DNA from: Candidatus Woesearchaeota archaeon
Lineage (GTDB): Archaea; Nanobdellota; Nanobdellia; Woesearchaeales; WJKR01
Length of the DNA: 32,416 bases
NCBI GenBank assembly: GCA_014729015.1
Contig: WJKR01000025.1
Coordinates: forward strand, 1 to 32,416
Direction of reading: 5' to 3'
Shown: in pieces, positions 25,213 to 32,416 of the stretch
How positions within the stretch are numbered: position 1 is the first letter of the stretch
How the letters are laid out: each line of letters opens with the position of its first letter
Program-made: the position numbers and the translations under genes
The notes under the pieces: model-generated
Database searches by the model: none
The model's input: only the letters and a program-made list of their open reading frames with translations
What the model was told of the DNA's origin: nothing

Positions 25213-28080
25213 TCACCAGTTGACTTTCCAAACGATAATCCGGTCGCCAGTGATGGGACTTCTTTCATCACTAAATTTCTCGAAATGCTTTGTATGTGCT
25301 CCTTCGAGGAAGAAGAGCCTGGTGAACATGCTCGTTGCCAGTTCGCTAGAAGCGATGACTGCCTTGTAGCTGCTTCCTTGTTGTACGAGGAACAGCTCGA
25401 AGTCTAGCCCTGGATTCTCGAATCTGGTTGTTTCTAGATTATTATTTTTAATGGTGACTGCTTTGAGGGTGAGCGTGTTCTCGCCGACCCGTTGTCCTGT
25501 TTGTCGGTTGTACGCGCCGATGCTGGCGATCGTGTTTTCCGGGTTTTCGAGGTCGACGACCACTGTTTCTAGCCTGATCGTTTGTCCTTGTTGGTTGCCG
25601 AGGTTCACGTTCTGGTTGCACGTGACGGTGTCGTTGTCGTCTTGGCAGCTGATTGCGTTTCTGGTGAGGTATTGCGGCCAGGGGCTGATCCACGCGTTCG
25701 CCGCTTGTTCGTTGGCGAGGCTGATTACTTGGTAATATAGTTGTCCTGCTGCTTTTGTTTCTATGTCGAAGAGTTCTTCGATGATAGGGGTTGCGACGTC
25801 CGGTGTTTCTTTTCGGAGCACGTTGTACGCGTACGCTTTCCTGAAGTCCCAGTTGCCGAAGTGTCCCCACACGCTCGCTTTACCGATCATGTCTGAACTA
25901 GTAATAAAATAGTTTTCTGGCGGTTCGCAATGGGTGAGTCTTGTGACGTCTTCAGCTTCTTCTTGTGTGAGTCCTTGTTCTTCCAAGTACGCAGTTGCTG
26001 CTTCTTGGTCTTCTATGAGGATTATCTCTCCCATGATTGCTCTTGCCTGCAAGGTGGTTTCTGGTGTTATGGCTTCTCCGTCTCCTTGGACGTGTTCTGC
26101 TAGGGTGTCGAATCCTTTTCTTGAACCGCAGTCAAGCATCCTCAATATGCCGACTGCTTCTTCCTCGTTGTTCGTGCTGAGCGCTCTGCCCACCCAGTGG
26201 GCCATGGGCGTGTTCTGGCTGGTGCCGTCGAACGTGACTGCTCTGTCGCCGATGGCTTTGAACCAGTGTCCGAAGTCCCACCAGCTGTTGATGATTGCGT
26301 CTGGTGCTGCTTCTTCATTGATTTTTGTTAGTGAACTCCACCAAGCGTCGTTCATGCTGGGTATTTCATGAAGTGCTGCTTGTTTTCCTGCATTGATGGG
26401 TTTGATGAGAATGAGTAATGCGATGATGATGAGTCCTGCTTTGATCCATGCTTGGTCTATTTCGAAGTTTTTCTCGCTCCAGGTGATGACGAGCTTGTAG
26501 AGTTGTCCGATGAGGATGCCTAACGCGACAGCGTAGGCTGGTACGAGGACGAGGATAAATCGTACGCCTTGTGTGCTGGCGTAGATGGTGCCTGCGAACC
26601 AGACGACGAGGAACAATGCGTATTTGATGTCTATGTCTCGTTGGTCTTTGAGGAAGAACAGGATGCCTGTAGCGACCGGTATTAGCAGTAATGCGAGGAA
26701 CACGTAGGGGTTGCCTCTGAGCAATGGTTTGGTGATGAGGATGAGGTAGAGGAATGCGCCGCCGCCGAGGATGGCCCAGTCTTTGTTCTTGAATTCCTTG
26801 ATGGTGATGAGGCTGAGGAGGAGTCCGAGGCAGGCTAAGTAGAAGTAGGCGCTGCCGCCTATCTGGTTGACGATGCTGGACAGTGATGCCCTGTTGAGCT
26901 CTGCGACGGTGGTGAAGACGTTCGGCCAGAGGTCTATTTTTGCCGCGTTCTGGATGCTGGCGAATTTAACTGCTCCTAATGGTCCGTTGATGAATCGGGA
27001 GAAAGATGAGAATAATGATACGAATATGCCGCTCGCTACCAACACTCCTAGTATGCTTCTGCCGGCGTTCTTCACTTCTGGTGCTGTGAATATTCTTTTC
27101 ACGTCTTTTGTTTGCAGCCATGATTTGATGATGCGGAATCCGAGGTATGCGATGATGGTGATGAGCATGAAGTCGAAGATGTACCACCAACCACTCCAAA
27201 ACTTGCTGTAGATGCCGAGGAAGAGGCCGGTGAGTCCTGAGTAGATAAGTTTCTTCTTGAGGTCTTTGGCGTCGAATGCTTCGATGAACATCCAGAGAAT
27301 CAGTAAGGGAAAGGTGACGTTGTAGCTGTCGGTGTCGGCGAATCCTGCTGCGGTTCTGCCGAGGAAGGTGGAGTGGACGGCGACGATTGTGCCGGCGATG
27401 AACCCTCCGAGGTTGCCTGCTTTTTTCCTCGTGATAAAGAATGCGGGGATGACGGCTAGTGAAGAAATGATGACTGGCATCCAGAAGAAGACGTTGAAGA
27501 GCTCTGCGTCTTTGTTGAAGAATCTCACAATCTTGTAGATCATCGCTGAGAATCTTGTGTGGTAGTCTGTTTCTGTTTCTGCTCTTCCTATTGGCGCGAG
27601 CATATGGTTGTTTATTTTGACACCGTCTATTTCTACGTCTGCGCCGTAGCCATGATCAAGAACGTTTTTTGTGTGTCTGTAGTAGAAGTAAGGGTCTATC
27701 GCCAAGAGGTAGGTCTGCCCGTCGTCTTTTTGGAGCCGTTCCCTGATGTATTGTCCTTGGGTCTTTGCTTGTTCTGCGATTTCCGTTTCTTGTTGCTTGA
27801 TGACTTGCGTGAGCTGTTCGTTGACGAGCGCTTGTTTCCGTTCTGGTGGCAGGTTGGGGTATTGTTGGTTTATCCCCGTGGTGATTTGGTTTTTGAGGTT
27901 GGTGATGATGCTGTTCTCTGCCCATTGGTCTGTGATGGGGAGTGTTGCTGGGTAGCTGCGGTAGGTGATGGAGAGTCCTGTGCTGATGAGGATGAGCAGG
28001 ATGATGAGTAGGACGCGGAGGTGTTGGTTGGTGATGCGTTGCAAGAATGCTCGTGGTGTCTTTGTTGTTTGTCGTGCCAC
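25213..28080 (-). CDS. aglB: Oligosaccharyltransferase AglB (STT3 family)
   Basis: IDPYFYYR, AGFADTD, TVAELN (TIxE-like), WWDFGHW, TFDG and DMIGK; about 13 TM helices. GTG start after GGAG. Confidence 0.96.
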   Translation of the reverse strand: MARQTTKTPRAFLQRITNQHLRVLLIILLILISTGLSITYRSYPATLPITDQWAENSIITNLKNQITTGINQQYPNLPPERKQALVNEQLTQVIKQQETEIAEQAKTQGQYIRERLQKDDGQTYLLAIDPYFYYRHTKNVLDHGYGADVEIDGVKINNHMLAPIGRAETETDYHTRFSAMIYKIVRFFNKDAELFNVFFWMPVIISSLAVIPAFFITRKKAGNLGGFIAGTIVAVHSTFLGRTAAGFADTDSYNVTFPLLILWMFIEAFDAKDLKKKLIYSGLTGLFLGIYSKFWSGWWYIFDFMLITIIAYLGFRIIKSWLQTKDVKRIFTAPEVKNAGRSILGVLVASGIFVSLFSSFSRFINGPLGAVKFASIQNAAKIDLWPNVFTTVAELNRASLSSIVNQIGGSAYFYLACLGLLLSLITIKEFKNKDWAILGGGAFLYLILITKPLLRGNPYVFLALLLIPVATGILFFLKDQRDIDIKYALFLVVWFAGTIYASTQGVRFILVLVPAYAVALGILIGQLYKLVITWSEKNFEIDQAWIKAGLIIIALLILIKPINAGKQAALHEIPSMNDAWWSSLTKINEEAAPDAIINSWWDFGHWFKAIGDRAVTFDGTSQNTPMAHWVGRALSTNNEEEAVGILRMLDCGSRKGFDTLAEHVQGDGEAITPETTLQARAIMGEIILIEDQEAATAYLEEQGLTQEEAEDVTRLTHCEPPENYFITSSDMIGKASVWGHFGNWDFRKAYAYNVLRKETPDVATPIIEELFDIETKAAGQLYYQVISLANEQAANAWISPWPQYLTRNAISCQDDNDTVTCNQNVNLGNQQGQTIRLETVVVDLENPENTIASIGAYNRQTGQRVGENTLTLKAVTIKNNNLETTRFENPGLDFELFLVQQGSSYKAVIASSELATSMFTRLFFLEGAHTKHFEKFSDERSPITGDRIIVWKVNW

Positions 28081-28331
28081 GTTCCCCCAGCTCCTGTTCG
28101 CCGGGTTCGGGGCGATGTTTATATAGTTTGTTGTTGGTTTTCTTTTTAAAGACGATTTATTTTCTTTAAGGAAAAGAATTATTTTGTTTCTACCAATTAG
28201 TGGTCACTTAAAGAAAATTATTTAAATCAATTAACTTTACTGTTTGGTAGTAACAAGCGTATGTTTTGGTGAGACACCACATGATCCGACAAGAAACAAG
28301 CACTTCTCAACCACGACACAGGAGGGATTCC

Positions 28332-31300
28332 ATGAAACAACTACTATTCTCCATCCTGCTGGTCATCATGCTTATCATGACCGTACAAGCAGCGAGCGCA
28401 GCCGTGACCTACGCGCACTGGCAGCCCAACGAAACAGCAACCATTACCATCAACGAAGGCGACACCGCAGCATTCGACTGGTACGCGCAGACGAACTGGT
28501 ACAACCTGGACGTAGACGTCCAGCTCAACGACGGAACGGACACGCTCGTGACCTATGTCGCAGGCCTGCAACCGAACAACTACGCCGGCGGCACCGTCGA
28601 AGTGGACCAAGACGATTACCAAGCACCAGGCACCTACACCGTCTCCGTCTGGGCGACCGACATCCTCGGCTACCAGGACACGCACACCATCGAATTGGTG
28701 GTCGAAGGACGAACACCCGAAGACAACGACCTCATCGACGTCGAAGTCACCGCAGAACCGACCGATGGCGAAGCACCATTAGAAGTGAGCTTCACCTGCA
28801 CCGCTGTCGGCGGCGACGCCCCCATCAGTTATGCATGGGCGTTCGGCGATGACACGACGAGCGATGAACAGAACACGACGCACACCTACACCGAACCAGG
28901 AGCGTACACGGCGATGTGCACGGCCACCGACAACGACGGTGACTTGATGAGCGAACTCGTCGTCATCACCGTCGGACTCGTCAACAAAGCGCCGGAAATG
29001 GAACCTATCGACGACCAATACGTCGATGAGACAACGACATTCACCTATGACTTGCAGGTCTCGGACCCTGACAACACGTTAGACGAGCTGATTTGCTATG
29101 ACGCGGAGTTCATGAAGGTCGACACGAAGCACACGAAAGGGGCCGACGATATCAAATACATCCCCGACTGGGCAGTCCTCGACGGCTGCACCATCGTCGG
29201 AGAAGCACCAGCAGTCGAATCCGACGAGGAGTATTACGTCCGAGTCGGCGTCAAGGACCCGGAAGGGCTGTTCGACGAAGAAGACTTCTACATCACCGTG
29301 CGACAACGCAACCAGCCGCCGACCATAGAGGACGTCGCAGACCTGACCATAAGCGAGGGGACGAACATCACCGTGCCCTTCACCGTGACGGATGCAGACG
29401 CGTTGGACACGTTGACATGCAGTGTCACGTCAGGGACGGAACTACCTGCCTGGCTGACCCTCGAAGACTGCGGCCTGGCCGGTACGGCGCCGCAAGTGAA
29501 TGGTAGCGACACGAGCACGATAAGCATCACCGTCACCGATGATAAAAATGCAAGTGACACGATGGCATTCACGATCACGGTCGTCGACGCGGGCAACGGC
29601 CCGACAGCCGACTTCACATGGTCACCGACGAACCCACTCGTCGCCGAAGCCGTGCAGTTCACCGACACCTCCTCTGATGATGGCAACATCGTCAGCCATG
29701 ACTGGACGTTCGGCGACGGCGCCCGCAGCGACCAGCATCACCCGACGCACAGCTACGCGAGTGGTGGAAGCTATCAGGTGACGCTCGTCGTGACCGACGA
29801 CGACGGCCTGACAGGCATCACGCAACAGACCATCACAGTGACCGACTACGACTTTTCCAGCATCACGGTAAGCGCAGACCCGACGACAGGTACCGCGCCG
29901 CTCGACGTAAACTTCACCTGCTCGGTCATCGGCGGCGACGCACCCCTGACATATTCATGGGAGTTTGATGACGGAACCTTCTCTACAGACCAGAATCCGA
30001 CGCACACCTATCACGCTGTCGGGACGTACACCGCCTCTTGCCTGGCAAAGGATGTGGACGGGGACACCATTTCAGGCCCCGTCGTCGTGTACGTTGAAGA
30101 GACGACGGCCACGAACCATCCGCCCATCATGCAACCGCTTCCTGACGACGAAGTGTACGAAGGAGAGCATTACACCAAGCAGTTGCTGGTGAGCGACCCT
30201 GACGACGACCCAGTGACTTGCTACTCAGCGGCAGACCTCGGCTACGGCATCTCACTGCCGGCATGGCTATCCTTGGACAAGGACAACTGCGTCCTGTCAG
30301 GCACCGCGCCTGAAGTGACTGAAGACAAGGTCTACTTGGTGGAGGTCGGTGTCGAGGATGACGGCGGGCTGACCGACTCTGAATACTATTATCTGACGGT
30401 GAAGGACCTCCCGGCAAATAACGTGCCGCCGACAGCGGACTTCGCTTGGGACCCGGCCGCACCATCGGTCGGGGAGACAGTCACCTTCACCGCGACGGCG
30501 ACGGATATCGACGGGAATATCGTCCTGTATGAGTGGGACTTGGACGACGACGGCTCTTACGAGCTGTCAGGGCCGACCACCGACACCGTCTTGAGGAGTT
30601 ATCCTTCCGCAGGCGATGTTGCCGTACGGCTCCGCGTCACTGATGACGACGGCGCCGCCGACTCGGTCGCGAAGATTATCACCATCACCGACGTCTCGGA
30701 CCATGACTTCACGGACATCGCAGTCGCGGCGGACCCGATCAGCGGTTTTGCGCCGTTGGCGGTCAATTTCACCTGTTCGGTCATCGGCGGCGACGCCCCC
30801 ATCAGTTATGCATGGGCGTTCGGCGATGACACGACGAGCGATGAACAGAACACGACGCACACGTACCGGACGACCGGCCCGTTCACCGCGACGTGCACCG
30901 CACGGGACGAGGACGGCGACGCCATACATGGCAGCGTTGACATAGCGGTCGCGGCGCTGCCGACTAACGATGCGCCCGTCGCCTCGTTCTCTTGGTTGCC
31001 CGTCGTTCCCGAGACGAACGAATCAGTGACCTTTAATGCGAACGCCTCGACTGACAACGACGGGAGCATCGTGTTGTACGAATGGGATTTCGACGGTGAC
31101 GGCGTCTGGGACGCGACTGGGGTCGCGGTGACGATTGCGTACGCCGCGCCAGGGGCGTATGACGTCACGTTGCGCGTGACTGACGACAACGGCGCTCAGG
31201 ATACGGAGACGAAGGAGGTCGCGGTCGTCAAGCCGTCTGCATTGCCGGTGGCGGAAGCAGGCCCTGACCTCACCGTGTACGTCAACACGCTGGTCAAGAT

Positions 31301-31955
31301 TGATGGTAGCGCTTCGTATGATCCTGACGGCGGCGACATCGTTTGGTATCATTGGGATTTCGGCAATGGTGAGATTGCTGCGGGCGTGCACGCGCAGGGC
31401 AGCGTCGTGTACAACCAGCTCGGCACGTACACGGTGACGTTGACGGTGACTGATGACGAGGATGACACGGTGGACGATACGGTGGTCGTGACGGTGATTG
31501 ACGAGCCGTACGTCGCGAAGTGCGCTGATGGCAGGGACAATGATGGTGACGGCTTGGTGGACATGGCCGACCCTGGTTGCTCGTCGCCTGATGATGCGAG
31601 CGAGGTCAACCTGGTGAATAGCGGTCCCGAGAAGGGGTTGAAGGTCGTTTCTATCAGCTCATATAGTGCCGAAGGCGCTGCTGTCGCGTTGCCTGGCGAC
31701 GTCTTGGTGGTGAAGACCGTGCTGGAGAACGTCTTGCGCCAGCCGTTGGAGGACTTGCGTATCGGCTTCGCTGTGCCTGAGCTGGGCGTGCAGCAGAAGA
31801 GCAGCCAGTTCGACGTGCAGCCTGGTAGGCGCGTGACGAAGCAGTTGCTCGTGTACTTGCCGTGGGACGCTGCTCTTGGCGAGTATTATACGGAGTTCAC
31901 CGTGGCGAACGATGAGCTGCGCAGGTCGTTGCATCGTTCGTTGACCATTAAGTGA
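28332..31955 (+). CDS. Large secreted PKD / cadherin-like repeat surface protein
   Basis: Start revised to ATG 28332 after SD GGAGG. Signal peptide MKQLLFSILLVIMLIMTVQAASA; about 7 PKD domains (W.FGD, Y..PG.Y) and 3 cadherin/dystroglycan-like domains (N..P, D.D, P.W); a CADGRDNDGDGLVDMADPGC Ca-binding-like motif; 10 N-X-S/T sequons. Confidence 0.9.
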   Translation: MKQLLFSILLVIMLIMTVQAASAAVTYAHWQPNETATITINEGDTAAFDWYAQTNWYNLDVDVQLNDGTDTLVTYVAGLQPNNYAGGTVEVDQDDYQAPGTYTVSVWATDILGYQDTHTIELVVEGRTPEDNDLIDVEVTAEPTDGEAPLEVSFTCTAVGGDAPISYAWAFGDDTTSDEQNTTHTYTEPGAYTAMCTATDNDGDLMSELVVITVGLVNKAPEMEPIDDQYVDETTTFTYDLQVSDPDNTLDELICYDAEFMKVDTKHTKGADDIKYIPDWAVLDGCTIVGEAPAVESDEEYYVRVGVKDPEGLFDEEDFYITVRQRNQPPTIEDVADLTISEGTNITVPFTVTDADALDTLTCSVTSGTELPAWLTLEDCGLAGTAPQVNGSDTSTISITVTDDKNASDTMAFTITVVDAGNGPTADFTWSPTNPLVAEAVQFTDTSSDDGNIVSHDWTFGDGARSDQHHPTHSYASGGSYQVTLVVTDDDGLTGITQQTITVTDYDFSSITVSADPTTGTAPLDVNFTCSVIGGDAPLTYSWEFDDGTFSTDQNPTHTYHAVGTYTASCLAKDVDGDTISGPVVVYVEETTATNHPPIMQPLPDDEVYEGEHYTKQLLVSDPDDDPVTCYSAADLGYGISLPAWLSLDKDNCVLSGTAPEVTEDKVYLVEVGVEDDGGLTDSEYYYLTVKDLPANNVPPTADFAWDPAAPSVGETVTFTATATDIDGNIVLYEWDLDDDGSYELSGPTTDTVLRSYPSAGDVAVRLRVTDDDGAADSVAKIITITDVSDHDFTDIAVAADPISGFAPLAVNFTCSVIGGDAPISYAWAFGDDTTSDEQNTTHTYRTTGPFTATCTARDEDGDAIHGSVDIAVAALPTNDAPVASFSWLPVVPETNESVTFNANASTDNDGSIVLYEWDFDGDGVWDATGVAVTIAYAAPGAYDVTLRVTDDNGAQDTETKEVAVVKPSALPVAEAGPDLTVYVNTLVKIDGSASYDPDGGDIVWYHWDFGNGEIAAGVHAQGSVVYNQLGTYTVTLTVTDDEDDTVDDTVVVTVIDEPYVAKCADGRDNDGDGLVDMADPGCSSPDDASEVNLVNSGPEKGLKVVSISSYSAEGAAVALPGDVLVVKTVLENVLRQPLEDLRIGFAVPELGVQQKSSQFDVQPGRRVTKQLLVYLPWDAALGEYYTEFTVANDELRRSLHRSLTIK
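28807..28885 (+). repeat. 79-bp perfect intragenic direct repeat, copy 1
   Basis: Identical to 30784-30862; encodes GGDAPISYAWAFGDDTTSDEQNTTHT. Confidence 0.92.
30784..30862 (+). repeat. 79-bp perfect intragenic direct repeat, copy 2
   Basis: Identical to 28807-28885; the offset of 1977 nt is in frame. Confidence 0.92.
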
Positions 31956-31960
31956 AATCA

Positions 31961-31981
31961 TTCTTTTTTTATTCTTTTTTT
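31961..31981 (+). terminator. Oligo-T terminator of the PKD gene
   Basis: Two T7 tracts directly after the stop codon. Confidence 0.6.
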
Positions 31982-32078
31982 AAGTCATCATCAATCCATA
32001 TAAAAACTGTTCTTACTCATGAATAGAAAACTTTATATGTGTTCTTGTGTTCTCCCATGGCCTAGGAGGGATGGTGCT

Positions 32079-32416
32079 ATGGCAAAAACTACTATTCAAG
32101 CGCAACAAGAACGATTTCGCAAACTAAGCGAATTATTTTCACACAAGAACGTGACCGACGTCGAAGCACTCAAGCAACTCGGCCTCTATGAGCAGGCAGA
32201 GGCGTTCGTGAAGCGAGTGATGGGAGAGGGATACAGCCTCAACGACCAAAAGCTCAACATGGACGACTTTGTGGAGCACGACCCCATCCCTGAGCGGAAG
32301 GTATCGATGGGCCAGAAGGTCGCCGCCGGCACCTTGGCAGCCGGCGCCGCGCTAGCGCTTGGCGCAGGGGACATATTCGGAAACCCCGCCCCTGACGTTC
32401 CGGCACCGCTCAGCCA
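32079..32416 (+). CDS. Hypothetical protein, 3' partial
   Basis: ATG 32079 after GGAGG (32065-32069), with TTTATAT at 32032. The frame MAKTTIQAQQERFRKLSELF...VAAGTLAAGAALALGAG is open to the window end. Not listed in the ORF track because it has no stop. Confidence 0.7.
   Translation, partial: MAKTTIQAQQERFRKLSELFSHKNVTDVEALKQLGLYEQAEAFVKRVMGEGYSLNDQKLNMDDFVEHDPIPERKVSMGQKVAAGTLAAGAALALGAGDIFGNPAPDVPAPLS

Noticed and set aside
28807-30862. 79-bp repeat as a diversity-generating retroelement TR/VR pair
   Set aside because: The copies are identical with no adenine-specific mismatches, both lie in coding PKD domains, and no reverse transcriptase is present in the window.

Overview
Archaeal chromosomal window, most likely from a DPANN (Woesearchaeota-like) genome. 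That assignment is an inference from a stand-alone archaeal 5S rRNA, an AglB oligosaccharyltransferase, TATA boxes 22-26 nt upstream of many start codons and GGTGA/GGAGG SD sites. Almost the whole window is one surface-glycosylation locus. It holds a complete, scattered ADP-L-glycero-D-manno-heptose pathway (gmhA, hldA-type kinase, gmhB-hldC fusion, hldD) and a PAPS supply and recycling operon (cysQ-cysD-DUF2061-cysN-cysC) with no reductase. It also encodes four sulfotransferases (one fused to a GT9-like domain, one split by a poly-A frameshift), GT2/GT4/GT9/CgeB-like glycosyltransferases, two FkbM methyltransferases (one split by a poly-A frameshift), a Wzx-type flippase, a Dol-P-sugar synthase with a DUF2304 partner, aglB, and a divergent 1.2-kaa PKD/cadherin-like surface protein with 10 N-glycosylation sequons. 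The most notable signals are (1) a candidate pathway for a heptosylated, O-sulfated, O-methylated archaeal glycan, (2) a coiled-coil/wHTH gene carrying a dense array of TGAGA(C) boxes inside its own CDS and in the divergent intergenic region, and (3) single-A insertions in homopolymers of two glycan-decorating genes. All product calls come from motif recognition only; no database searches were run.
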